From NCBI GenBank assembly GCA_040390145.1, contig JAZJYY010000061.1:2732-66731 (forward strand): a stretch of DNA of 64,000 nt, in the 5' to 3' direction. Shown piece after piece: positions 47,891 to 57,122 of this stretch. The position numbers and the translations under genes are program-made. The notes below the pieces were generated by a model. It saw only the letters and a list, made by a program, of their open reading frames with translations. It made no database searches and was not told the DNA's origin. This stretch comes from Pseudomonadota bacterium (GTDB lineage: Bacteria; Pseudomonadota; Alphaproteobacteria; Rhizobiales; Xanthobacteraceae). Position 1 is the stretch's first letter; the number at the start of each line of letters is the position of its first letter.

Positions 47891-48435
47891 AGCGCTTTCC
47901 TCTTCTCGTCGGCGTGCGTCGTGCCGACAAAGCCGTGTTTCCAGCCGTTGACGATCTGCTCGATGATGAAAATGGAGACCAGCACGCCGCAGAGCGGAAT
48001 GGCCGCATAAAGGCTCGACAGCGGCGTCATCGACGGCATGCGCAGGCTTTTGAAGCCGTCGAGAAAATTCAGGTAGCCGAAATAGATCATGCAGAACGCG
48101 ACACCGAGCACGACCAGCCGGTTGAACATTTCGAAGAACAGCCGCTTGTTGCCGGTCAGCGATTCCGCCAGCACCGCGAGATAGAGGTGGTCGTTGCGCC
48201 GCGTCGCCGCGCCGACGCCGATGAAGATGCCGTAGATGAAGAAGGTCATGGTCGCCTCCTGGAGCCAGAGCCAGGGATGACCGATCGTGCGGGTGACGAT
48301 GTCGCACATCACCAGGACGGAAAACCCTGTAATGGCGACGCCGCACAGGATCATCAGGACCTGTTCGAGCCAGTCGAGCGCGCGCCACTTCAGGTACCGC
48401 TGCTCTTCCAGCACGAGGCTATTGAAACCACGCAT
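47887..48435 (-). CDS. dctQ: TRAP transporter small permease
   Basis: Four TMs; W.QE...F...IFIG...A.RRNDHL. Confidence 0.88.
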   Translation of the reverse strand: MRGFNSLVLEEQRYLKWRALDWLEQVLMILCGVAITGFSVLVMCDIVTRTIGHPWLWLQEATMTFFIYGIFIGVGAATRRNDHLYLAVLAESLTGNKRLFFEMFNRLVVLGVAFCMIYFGYLNFLDGFKSLRMPSMTPLSSLYAAIPLCGVLVSIFIIEQIVNGWKHGFVGTTHADEKRKAL

Positions 48436-48466
48436 GATCTTTTTCCGAATTCGGATTGCGGAGCGG

Positions 48467-48498
48467 CGACGCGGGGAGCGCTCGGGCTCCCCGCGTCG
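48467..48498. terminator. Strong hairpin between dctP and dctQ (mRNA stabiliser or partial terminator)
   Basis: cgacgcggggagc...gctccccgcgtcg 13-bp stem. Confidence 0.55.
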
Positions 48499-48511
48499 TG
48501 AAACGCGCTGC

Positions 48512-49519
48512 CTATTTGACGTTGCGCACCAGGCCGAGGACCTTCACGGCGTTCGGCCCGAGGTCGGAGGCCAGCTTGTCCTGGATCGGCTTGCTGATCT
48601 CCGCAAAGCCCGACTTGTCGACGGTCTTGACGACCTTGACGCCGATCTTCTCGAGTTTTGCCTGCGCTTCGTGTTCGAGCTTGAAGGCCGCGGCCGGCTC
48701 GTTGCGGCTGACCTCGTCGGCGGCCGCCTGCACCCATTTCTTCTGCTCGTCCGTGAGCGTGACCCACACCTTGTCGCTGACGAACAGCGCGGCATTGTTG
48801 GCCTCGTGTTCGGTGAGCGAGAGCACCGGCGCGGGTTCGTAGTGCTTGTTGACGAGGTAGTTGTTGATGCCGTTTTCGGCCATGTCGACGACGCCGGTCT
48901 GCAGCGAGGTGTAGACCTCGCCGAACGGCATGTGCACGACCTGGGCGCCGTAGGCCGGGAACAGCGTGTCTTCGGTGACGGTGGCCTGCACGCGAACCTT
49001 GACGCCCTTGATGTCGGCGACCTTCTCGACCGCCTTCTTGCCGTACATGTGCCGCAAGCCCTGCGATCCCAGCCCCAGCATGTGCGCGCCCTTCATCTTG
49101 GCCGCGTACAATTCCTTCATCGCCGCGATTACGGCGGGATCGCCCAGCACCTTGATGGCGTGGGCTTCGTCGCGAAAGATGAAGTGAAGCGAGAATACGC
49201 CGGACTCCGGCTGCGCGGTCGAGGCGTTGGCGGTGGACAGCATCACGAAGTCGATGTCGCCGGTCTGCACCTTTTGCAGGGTCTGCGCCTCGGTGCCGAG
49301 CTGGGCGCCGGGATACTGATTGATCGAGAGCGTGCCCTTGCTGAGTTCGCCCAGCTTCTTGTTGAACATTTCGGCGCCGATTCCGTAGCCGCTGTTCTTG
49401 GGCTGGTCGTAGGCGAACGAGAACTCGCGCTTCTGCGCCAGCGCGGCGGTCGAGGCCATCGCCAGCGCGGCGCCGAGCAGAATGCCGCGCGCGAGCGGCA
49501 GATACCGTGAAACGGACAT
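48512..49519 (-). CDS. dctP: TRAP substrate-binding protein
   Basis: Signal peptide; YPGAQLG; GVKVRV; MPFGEVYTSLQTGVVD.AEN. Confidence 0.92.
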   Translation of the reverse strand: MSVSRYLPLARGILLGAALAMASTAALAQKREFSFAYDQPKNSGYGIGAEMFNKKLGELSKGTLSINQYPGAQLGTEAQTLQKVQTGDIDFVMLSTANASTAQPESGVFSLHFIFRDEAHAIKVLGDPAVIAAMKELYAAKMKGAHMLGLGSQGLRHMYGKKAVEKVADIKGVKVRVQATVTEDTLFPAYGAQVVHMPFGEVYTSLQTGVVDMAENGINNYLVNKHYEPAPVLSLTEHEANNAALFVSDKVWVTLTDEQKKWVQAAADEVSRNEPAAAFKLEHEAQAKLEKIGVKVVKTVDKSGFAEISKPIQDKLASDLGPNAVKVLGLVRNVK

Positions 49520-49630
49520 TGAAATTCCTCCCCTGCTGTCGCCGCTTTTGCGGACTGATGGTTCGCCGGGCATGGGCCCGGCGGCGGCAGTATCAACCGC
49601 CCCCGCGCTGTACACAAGATAGTTTTTTAG

Positions 49631-49642
49631 ATTGTATACAAT
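49631..49642. promoter_or_regulatory. GntR/FadR-type operator
   Basis: Perfect palindrome ATTGTATACAAT between divergent dctP and gntR; weaker copy tgtacacaa at 49609. Confidence 0.65.
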
Positions 49643-49666
49643 TTGGAGCAATGGCAAGTTGCAGCG

Positions 49667-50419
49667 ATGGCGAGCGCTAAACCTTCCAGAAAGCCGCCGC
49701 TCCGCAAGGACGCGACCAACGGCATGTCCGCGGCGATGGCCGAGCCGCAGGCGCGCGAGCCGTCGATCGCCGACCTGATCGTGCGAAAACTGGAGGAAGA
49801 CATCGTGCTGGGGAGGCGGCACCCGCGCGAACGGCTGGTCGAACAAGATCTTTGCGCGGATTTCGATACCCACCGCGGCGATGTCCGGCTCGCGCTGTTC
49901 GAGCTGGAAAAGATGGGCATCGTCGAACGGATCCCGAATCGCGGCGCGATCGTGCGCGATCTGAAGCCGCGCGAGGTCGAGGAGATCTACGACGTGCGCG
50001 AGGAGCTCGAGGTCATGGCGGTGCGCATCCTGCCGTTTCCGGTGCCGGACGCGGACCTCGCCAGGCTGGAGGCGATCCAGCACGCGCACGGCAAGGCGGT
50101 CGACGCCGCCGACCTGCTGGCGGTGTTCCACAGCAACGTGCAATTCCATCGCGCGCTGTTCGGCCTGTGCGGCAACACCAGCCTGATCGAAACCATCGAA
50201 TACCTGGCGCAGAAGGTCTCCGGCATCCGATCCTATGCGCACGCCAAGCCGGAGGCGCTGAACGATTCCCGCCGCGATCATATCGCCATGATCAAGGCGC
50301 TGCGGAACTCGCGCCGCGACGACCTGATCAAGCTGACGCGCCGCCACCTCAAGCCCGCGGTGCGGGCCTATATCGATGCCTACCGGCGCCGCTTCGGTGA
50401 CGGCGGCTCCGGAGCCTGA
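49667..50419 (+). CDS. GntR (FCD) family regulator
   Basis: PRERLVEQDL..HRGDVRLAL..LE..G; EIYDVREELE; FH; DH. Confidence 0.9.
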   Translation: MASAKPSRKPPLRKDATNGMSAAMAEPQAREPSIADLIVRKLEEDIVLGRRHPRERLVEQDLCADFDTHRGDVRLALFELEKMGIVERIPNRGAIVRDLKPREVEEIYDVREELEVMAVRILPFPVPDADLARLEAIQHAHGKAVDAADLLAVFHSNVQFHRALFGLCGNTSLIETIEYLAQKVSGIRSYAHAKPEALNDSRRDHIAMIKALRNSRRDDLIKLTRRHLKPAVRAYIDAYRRRFGDGGSGA

Positions 50420-50453
50420 ACGCACCACGCTTCGTGCGCGGCCCTGACCGGTT

Positions 50454-50681
50454 TCACGTCAGTCCCTTGATCCGCTCGCGATAGGCTTCCAGGCCCAGCC
50501 GGACGTCCTTGTCCTCGACCCATTCGCCGCGCTCATCCATCACGCCGGCCTCCAGCATCGCGGCGGCGCAGGGCCAGTGCAGATCGACCCAGTGCGGCAC
50601 GTCGGCCTCCGCCATGCCGCTGCGGCGGCAGATCCGCTCGGCCATCTCGCGGGCCAGAGGTTCGATGTTGGAAGAGGTCAT
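50454..50681 (-). CDS. Small hypothetical protein
   Basis: 75 aa with coding-like GC3 bias. Confidence 0.55.
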   Translation of the reverse strand: MTSSNIEPLAREMAERICRRSGMAEADVPHWVDLHWPCAAAMLEAGVMDERGEWVEDKDVRLGLEAYRERIKGLT

Positions 50682-50756
50682 GCAATGATCATCAGATGGG
50701 TTGCGGTCGGGAGGCCACGTTATGAGAAGACATGGCCGACAGCATGGCAGCCGGGC

Positions 50757-52646
50757 TTATCGCATGGCTGCCGGGCCGGCGGTGGCGAGGATGGCGGCGA
50801 TCGCCGCATCGCCTTCCGCTTCCCGCGCCAAAATGGCCTCGCGGGCCCAGAGATAGGACGCCTCGAAAATCTCGCTATGGCGTTCGAATTCGGTGACGCC
50901 AATGTCGGGCGAAAACGGCGGCCGCATCACATGATCGTGCGGCGCGGCCGGCAGCGTATCATAGCGCTGGTGCGCCACCAGGCTTCGCCACAGCACGCTG
51001 ACCGCGCTCGGCGCCGCCGGCAGCAGCTTCTTGCGGAACGGCGTCAGCATCGCCAAAGCGAGCTCGAACCGCCCCGGCAGTTCGGCGTAGTCGACATCGA
51101 ACCTTTCCTCCGCGGGGTCGCCGAAATGCACCACCAGGTTGGGACCGCTCTTCAGCTGATGCATCTGCGCCAGCGGAACATTTTCGATCAGGCAGCCATC
51201 GACCAGCATCGCGCCATCAGGCGTGTAGAACGGCGGCAACAGACCGGGGATCGCGCTCGAGGCGCGCACCGCGTGCCAGAGCAGCCCCGAGCGGATCAAT
51301 TCGAGATTATGGGTGGAAAGATTGGTGGCGACCGCCGCGAACGGCCGCCAGCAATCCTCGATCCGGCACTGGTCGCCATATTGCTCGGCCAGCGCGCGGT
51401 CGAACGCCTTGTGATCCAGCAGGGCATAGCGCGGCCAGGTCGGCCGCCGGAAGCTGCGGCTCTTGACGAAGATCTCGTGGGTGCCGCGCTCCAGATGATC
51501 GGCCTCGTGGTTCTTGGCGAAACCCGCCGCCATCGCCGAGCCGACGCTGGTGCCGACAAAGATGTCGAACACGACGCCGCGCTCGCGGAACGCGCGGTAG
51601 ATGCCGACATGCGCCGATCCGAAGGCGCCGCCGCCGGCGGCGACGAAGCCGAGCGCGCGGCCGGACATGAACCGGATCAGGCTGTCGATATCGCCCTGAT
51701 CCTCCAGCGCGACATGGTGATTCATAAAGCACGGCAGGCGGGCGAGCCAGGCCGCGGTGCCGCTGACCTCGCCGCTGCGCCGCGCGTGAATCCGCACCAG
51801 ACGGCGCGCCGAGGCGGGATGAATCCTGCAGGCGAAGGTCTCGACCTCGGTCAGCACACCGGCGACCGGCGCCCTGCCCTGGGTGACGAACACCACCATG
51901 TCGGCCTGGCGAATGGCCTTGCGGGTCCAGATCGAGTCTTCGCGGTCGCCGAGATAGACCACCAGCGGTGCGGTCTGCTCGATCTTGTTGAGCCAGTCGG
52001 CGACTTCAGGCGAATCCAGCGCCCGGCCGGGAAACATTGCTTCGAGACGGGCGGGATCGACGATCTCGGCGTCGGTCGCCGCCAGACCGAGGCGCAGGCG
52101 GCGATCGAAAGTTTCCGGTACAGGCTCATATCCGCCCTGGATCAGCGCCACGGTTCGCGCCGTCGGCGACGCGCGGACCGGGGTGAGGCGCGCCGTCTCC
52201 CGGGCGAAGCGCAGCGCCAGCGCCGCGAGCACCGCCTCGACGATTTCAGGGGTGTGTGCGGCCAGCTCGTGATAGGCGGCGCGCGTCAGCGCCAGCACGC
52301 TGGTGTCGCGGATCGCAATCACATCGGCGGTGCGCGGCACGTTGGCGAAGAAGCCGATTTCACCGACCAGTTCGCCGGCGCGAAGCTCGGCGATCGGCGC
52401 CGGATCGCCTGATTTGCGGACCGCGAGCGCGCCATGCAGCACGATGAACAGGGCGTCCGAAGGCTCGCCCTGCGCCACCAGCAGCTGGCCGCGCACCAGG
52501 TCCTGGCGGACCATCGCGCGAACAGCCTTCCGCCGCTGTTCGGAACTGAGCGTTCGAAACAGCGCGAAATCGTCGGACACGTTTCCCCACGCGAATGTCG
52601 AGTTCAGCCCATCCATTGGCCCTACCCGGTTCTGATTGGGGGCCAA
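50757..52646 (-). CDS. cNMP-binding + patatin-like phospholipase (NTE family)
   Basis: GELVGE..PRTADV cNMP domain; GGGAFG, GTSVG, DGC. Confidence 0.9.
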   Translation of the reverse strand: MAPNQNRVGPMDGLNSTFAWGNVSDDFALFRTLSSEQRRKAVRAMVRQDLVRGQLLVAQGEPSDALFIVLHGALAVRKSGDPAPIAELRAGELVGEIGFFANVPRTADVIAIRDTSVLALTRAAYHELAAHTPEIVEAVLAALALRFARETARLTPVRASPTARTVALIQGGYEPVPETFDRRLRLGLAATDAEIVDPARLEAMFPGRALDSPEVADWLNKIEQTAPLVVYLGDREDSIWTRKAIRQADMVVFVTQGRAPVAGVLTEVETFACRIHPASARRLVRIHARRSGEVSGTAAWLARLPCFMNHHVALEDQGDIDSLIRFMSGRALGFVAAGGGAFGSAHVGIYRAFRERGVVFDIFVGTSVGSAMAAGFAKNHEADHLERGTHEIFVKSRSFRRPTWPRYALLDHKAFDRALAEQYGDQCRIEDCWRPFAAVATNLSTHNLELIRSGLLWHAVRASSAIPGLLPPFYTPDGAMLVDGCLIENVPLAQMHQLKSGPNLVVHFGDPAEERFDVDYAELPGRFELALAMLTPFRKKLLPAAPSAVSVLWRSLVAHQRYDTLPAAPHDHVMRPPFSPDIGVTEFERHSEIFEASYLWAREAILAREAEGDAAIAAILATAGPAAMR

Positions 52647-52706
52647 TGTATCGCCGGCCCGCCGTTACGGCGAGCGATTTAGGGTTTGCTGCGCCCGCGA
52701 AGGATT

Positions 52707-53180
52707 CTATGCCGGGGGCGTCGTCAGCAGCTGGACGAACTGATCGTCGCCGATTTCGGTCTGGCTGATCAGAACACTGCAGCGAAGATGATCGGTCAGA
52801 TAGCCGCCGACCGACCCGAACCACCATCGCGCCAGCGGCCCGGAGGGTCGGTGGCCAACCACGACGAGATTGGCTCCGATCTCTTCCGCGACGGCGGCGA
52901 TCTGCTGTGCGGGGGCTCCCATGCCGAGCCGTGCCGTCGGCGAAAATCCCGCGGCCCTGAGCCGCTCCACGCCTTCGGCCAAAATCGCCTTGTAGGCCGA
53001 GATCTGTTCGTCGATCGAGATCCCGACGCCTCCCTCCAGGGTCGCAAGCGCGGGGGCGTTTTCCACGACCGCCAGCAGCAAGACCTCGGCGCCGCACAAT
53101 TGCGCGAGCTTGGCACCCTCGCGCAACGCGCGCCGTCCCTCGACCGAGCCGTCATAGGCGAGCAGAACTTTCTTGTACAT
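52707..53180 (-). CDS. Universal stress protein
   Basis: MYKKVLLAYDGS, LVVVGH, GSV. Confidence 0.9.
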   Translation of the reverse strand: MYKKVLLAYDGSVEGRRALREGAKLAQLCGAEVLLLAVVENAPALATLEGGVGISIDEQISAYKAILAEGVERLRAAGFSPTARLGMGAPAQQIAAVAEEIGANLVVVGHRPSGPLARWWFGSVGGYLTDHLRCSVLISQTEIGDDQFVQLLTTPPA

Positions 53181-53500
53181 GAGGCGTCCCCCGATGCTCA
53201 TGAAGCCGAGCCCGGGAAGGCTAGCACTAATCGACCGGACAGGAAGCCGACTTTGATCCGAAGAGCAGTGATCGGAAAGGTCTCCAGCGTCCCGGGCCCC
53301 CGCGGCGGATCGCTGCAGGCAGCAATTTTGACGCCGAGGTCAGTGGCCGTCGACCGCCCATGCGGTGGGGAGCGCGACTGACCCCGATGGTCCTCGGCCT
53401 GGGTCCGATTTCCGCCAGCATCGCAGGCGAGCGGCGTAGCGCACTTACGGTTGCGCAGTACCAAGCCCATCGTGACTTCCCTCACATTTACATTGTCACA

Positions 53501-54418
53501 TCAGACCTGCCGCAGATCGTAACCAAGTCGCGGGAAATGCACGACGACGTCGCCGAGCCTCGGATCGTTCCGGCGCAGGGCAATTTCATCAGCATCGACC
53601 AGAACAAGCTCTCCTTCGACTGGGTCTCGGCCATAATCATCGGCGCGGATACGCACATGACTGCCAAGCGGCGGATCCTCATCGAAGGGGTTTGAGCTGC
53701 GCGGCGTTGCCGGTTGCGCAACAGCAGCGACGTCCAGGGCATCCGCGGCGGTTATAGGCGATGAGGTGCCATGACCAAAGGCGCGCATTCGCGCCATCCA
53801 GTCAGCGATGCGGGGATAAGGGGTAAGCTCGTGTGCCAGGCGTTGGCTGCGCGCCGTCATGAACCAGAGCGGATGGTAGACAGCGAAATCGGCCACGGTG
53901 ACTTGCGGCCCGGCAATCCAGCCATGGCCGCTCGCCAGCAGCGACTCGACAGTGGGAAGCTGCGCGCGGACAAACGGTGCATTTCGCTTGGCCGCGCGCT
54001 GCACTGTCTCAGCACTGGGAAGCGGCAGATCGCGCATGCGCGAACGATCGGCCTGCAGTTCGGGAGGAAGCAGGTCCGAGTTGGTGCCTGAGACGTAGAG
54101 CGACATCGGGCGGAAAAACTGGTGCTCGGCCCAGTATGCGATCATGTCCGCGAGCGCGGTCGTGCCGTCCGGATAAAGTGAAGGCTGCGGCTTTCGCCGA
54201 TCGAGTTCGCGCAGGATCAGCCGCGTGTCGCAAAAGATGTCCGCTCCGACCTGTAGAACCGGCGTGCGACGATAGCCGCCGGTCAAAGGCGCCAAGTCAG
54301 GTTTGGGGGCAACCGGGGGGATGATCACGCCGCGCCATGCGAGCCCTTTGTACCCCAACGCGAGCCGCGCTTTCTCGGCATAGTTCGAGAAATCGTAGTG
54401 ATGCAGGATTAGGTCCAT
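53501..54418 (-). CDS. Glutathione S-transferase family protein
   Basis: LHHY..SNYAEK.RL, GGYRRTPVLQVGAD.FCDT, HFPRLGY. Confidence 0.88.
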   Translation of the reverse strand: MDLILHHYDFSNYAEKARLALGYKGLAWRGVIIPPVAPKPDLAPLTGGYRRTPVLQVGADIFCDTRLILRELDRRKPQPSLYPDGTTALADMIAYWAEHQFFRPMSLYVSGTNSDLLPPELQADRSRMRDLPLPSAETVQRAAKRNAPFVRAQLPTVESLLASGHGWIAGPQVTVADFAVYHPLWFMTARSQRLAHELTPYPRIADWMARMRAFGHGTSSPITAADALDVAAVAQPATPRSSNPFDEDPPLGSHVRIRADDYGRDPVEGELVLVDADEIALRRNDPRLGDVVVHFPRLGYDLRQV

Positions 54419-54728
54419 CGGGGACGCCGGCTCACGTTATTGCACAAACGATGCGAGTTCATTTGTATGTATGCGAAAGTTTGGACCACCGTTCATCGAC
54501 CGCTGCCAAACATAGGCATAGATGTTGTTGACTACGAGAGTAACCCCCGATTCTCCGAGCGCCTGATCTTGTTCGAGTTCGTGCTAGCCCGCCAGCTATC
54601 TCTACCAATGATTCCCGACCCTCGCGCAAGCCCTCAGTTGCAGCTTGCCGAGGAATCCAAGGTGCTCCAGGCCCGCCGGCGGTTAAAACTGACCGGCACA
54701 GTCCCGGCACCCTCGGCACGTGCTTTTC

Positions 54729-54804
54729 TGGCGCACCCGACACGATTCGAACGTGTCACCTATGCCTGAGGCGGGCACGCCCCTCCAACAGAGCCTACCC
54801 CAGC
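54729..54804 (-). pseudogene. Inverted degenerate copy of tRNA-Arg (pseudo-tRNA / att-like)
   Basis: 3' 28 bp identical to the tRNA, 37/39 over the 3' half; D-arm region recognisable; 5' acceptor strand destroyed. Confidence 0.85.
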
Positions 54805-54819
54805 CCCTTTCAGGGCCGG

Positions 54820-54848
54820 TTGCCCCTGCCCCGCCAATCGGCTAAATG
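54820..54848 (+). promoter_or_regulatory. sigma70-like promoter of tRNA-Arg
   Basis: TTGCCC-N17-TAAATG. Confidence 0.5.
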
Positions 54849-54857
54849 GACCGTCAC

Positions 54858-54934
54858 GCACCCGTAGCTCAGCTGGATAGAGCGTTGCCCTCCGAAGGCA
54901 AAGGTCACACGTTCGAATCGTGTCGGGTGCGCCA
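54858..54934 (+). tRNA. tRNA-Arg(CCG)
   Basis: 77-nt cloverleaf; anticodon arm ttgcc-ctCCGaa-ggcaa; TTCGAAT T-loop; encoded CCA. Confidence 0.97.
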
Positions 54935-55015
54935 TCTCACCACTAAACGCGGGGACCAAGCGCGTCCCCTTTCCGTTATTCTGAAGTCCATGAGCTAATG
55001 GATTTCGGTAGATCG

Positions 55016-55116
55016 GGTCGCGCCGGCGATCGGCCGGCTAATGTTCGCGAAGCGACCGCCGTTCTCCTTATTCCAGGTCACACCTTGGGCGGGACGTACT
55101 CGCTGGACTCGACCAT
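55016..55116 (-). pseudogene. yghU: 5' remnant of YghU-type glutathione-dependent disulfide oxidoreductase
   Basis: GAGGAG RBS; MVESSEYVPPKV-(1-bp loss)[21 protein letters not shown], then similarity ends. Confidence 0.8.
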
Positions 55117-55347
55117 GCTCGATCTCCTCGGGCTGGGGCGGTGGCTCAGCTGCAGGCTGGTGGACCAAGGCAGGGCCTGGGTAGATAGATCTCCGCTTTT
55201 CGGACGGCCCGACCTTGCTGGGTTGGTCGTCTACATGCGCCCTGACGTAGTGAACTGCTGAGGCTGCGTGTTCCCTGGGGTTGCGTTCGTGGACGGTCGC
55301 CTGCGCTCCAGGCGGCCATTGTGCTACCTCAAGATTTGAGACGTCCA

Positions 55348-55378
55348 GACCTTCGGCGGTTTAGGGCGCCGAAGGTCC
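55348..55378 (-). terminator. Hairpin after the peroxiredoxin-like gene
   Basis: gaccttcggcg...cgccgaaggtc. Confidence 0.5.
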
Positions 55379-55400
55379 GATTGGAGCGGCGTACGAGAAT

Positions 55401-56108
55401 TCAGGCGACCTGTCGGCGCGCCAGTTTCTCCAGAACCGGGAAGACGGCCGAGGGCTCCGGCCGACGGGTATAGTCGGCGTTCACTTCGGCGTAGGCGATC
55501 ACTCGGTCCCGAGCGATGACATAGCGGGCGCTCATCGGGAGGGTCCAGCTTTCCTCGCCGTTAAACTGCGGCAGGTCGGCGCCGAGCGTCTTGTGGGCCA
55601 CGCGCAGATAGTCCGGCAACGTCCAGCGCACGTTGAACCGGGCAGCGACTTCGCCGCCATGGTCGCTCAGGATCGGGAAGCCGAGCCCGTTCTGGCGTTG
55701 CGATTTTCGGCTGTTGGGCGCCAACTGCTGAGAGATCGCGACCAGAGTCGCACCACGCGCCTCGATCTCCGAGCGAGCTTCTTCGAGCGCGGTCAGTTCG
55801 TAGTTGCAGTAAGGACACCAGACGCCGCGATAGAACGTGACGACGAGCGGGCCTCCGGCGAGGAGCGCTTTTGAAGAGACCGAATTGCCGTCGGAGTCGG
55901 GCAGGGTGAACTCCGGCGCGACGTCCCCGACCTTCAGTGCGCGGGCCGGAGCGCCCGACGCGATCAGTTCCTCGACGGAGCGATGCAGGGCTTTGACGGC
56001 CGCCGGGGGTGCGAGGCGTGTATCGAATTCGACTTTGAACGCATCGAGCTTGCCTTGCAGCGGCAGACCGGATTGCGCGATCTTGGTGAAGGTTTCCTGG
56101 AATGTCAT
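55401..56108 (-). CDS. Peroxiredoxin-like (AhpC/TSA) protein
   Basis: APEFTLPD, FYRGVWCPYC, DYTRRPEP. Confidence 0.88.
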   Translation of the reverse strand: MTFQETFTKIAQSGLPLQGKLDAFKVEFDTRLAPPAAVKALHRSVEELIASGAPARALKVGDVAPEFTLPDSDGNSVSSKALLAGGPLVVTFYRGVWCPYCNYELTALEEARSEIEARGATLVAISQQLAPNSRKSQRQNGLGFPILSDHGGEVAARFNVRWTLPDYLRVAHKTLGADLPQFNGEESWTLPMSARYVIARDRVIAYAEVNADYTRRPEPSAVFPVLEKLARRQVA

Positions 56109-56204
56109 CAAGCTTCTCCGTATCGGCGCAGCACTATCGCTGGCGTGACGCCCCCAATGAGCCATTCTGAAGCATTGCAGAAGGACAGCTGAAGCCATAT
56201 GACT

Positions 56205-56221
56205 TATTCAAAAGTGGAATA
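56205..56221. promoter_or_regulatory. LysR T-N11-A box
   Basis: TATTC-AAAAGTG-GAATA between divergent genes. Confidence 0.55.
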
Positions 56222-56234
56222 GATGGCGGGTCGA

Positions 56235-57122
56235 ATGGATCGATTGCATGCGATGAGCGTCTTTGTCCGCGTCGTTGAGACCGGTTCCTTCTCGGCCGCC
56301 GCGCGCGATTTGCAGATAGGCCAACCCACTGTGTCGAAATTGGTCGCGGCGATGGAGCAACGTCTCCAGGTGCGGCTTCTGGTCCGCTCAACGCGCCAGC
56401 TTCACCCGACTGAAGCCGGCCAGGCCTTCTACGAGCGGGCGCGCCGCACCCTCGCAGAAGCCGATGAGGCAGAGACTGCCGCGCGCGGATTAGGCAAGGG
56501 GCTCGATGGACGGCTGCGCGTTTGTGCGTCCGTCACCTTCGCGAGACTGCACATTGTTCCAAGGATCGGCGGTTTCTTGGACGCGCATCCAAATCTTCGT
56601 GTCGATTTCGTCTTGGACGATCGCTTCGTTGATTTAATGGGGGAGAATATCGACGTGGCCCTGCGTGCGGGGGAGCTGTCGGATTCGAGCCTGACCGCGC
56701 GAAAACTTGCCACTTGCGAGCGATATGTAGTTGCGAGCCCGGCGTACCTCGCGCGGAGGGGCATTCCGTCCACTCCAAGTGAACTCCACGACCACACCGC
56801 GCTTGTCTACACTCAAGGGCTGGTCGCGGAGGAATGGCGCTTTCGTCGCGCGACGACGGATACGTCCGTGCGCATCCCCACTCGGCTGTCTTTCAGCGCC
56901 GCCGAGGGCGTTCGTGAGGCGGTAATCGCTGGCCTTGGCCTCGCGATCAGTTCGCGGTGGATGATGGAACCAGAGCTTGCGAGCGGGAGCGTGGTCCCGG
57001 TGCTTACCGACTGGAATCTTCCCAACGCAGACTTGTGGGCCCTCTTTCCGACCGGGAGACTGCCGACGGCGAAGGCGCGCGCGTTCGTCAGTTGGTTCGA
57101 AGAGACCTTCTCGAAGAATTAG
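56235..57122 (+). CDS. LysR family regulator (CrgA-like)
   Basis: MDRL..M..FVRVVETGSFSAAAR...QPTVSK; RSTR; DVALR.G. Confidence 0.93.
   Translation: MDRLHAMSVFVRVVETGSFSAAARDLQIGQPTVSKLVAAMEQRLQVRLLVRSTRQLHPTEAGQAFYERARRTLAEADEAETAARGLGKGLDGRLRVCASVTFARLHIVPRIGGFLDAHPNLRVDFVLDDRFVDLMGENIDVALRAGELSDSSLTARKLATCERYVVASPAYLARRGIPSTPSELHDHTALVYTQGLVAEEWRFRRATTDTSVRIPTRLSFSAAEGVREAVIAGLGLAISSRWMMEPELASGSVVPVLTDWNLPNADLWALFPTGRLPTAKARAFVSWFEETFSKN

Noticed and set aside
48512-50428. 638-aa DctP ORF and other long overlapping antisense ORFs (e.g. 26435-28333, 50577-52412, 61701-63602)
   Set aside because: Stop-poor shadow frames of real genes in GC-rich DNA, with no recognisable motifs
50757-52646. 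cNMP-patatin as a CBASS/Pycsar-type anti-phage effector
   Set aside because: Standard NTE-family architecture; no CD-NTase, cyclase or other defence gene nearby
54440-54769. 109-aa ORF left of the tRNA
   Set aside because: No recognisable motif, and its 3' end is just the inverted tRNA copy
54729-54804. Inverted tRNA copy as a functional tRNA-Arg(CCT)
   Set aside because: The loop reads cgCCTca, but U33 is absent, the D-arm is damaged and the 5' acceptor strand cannot pair
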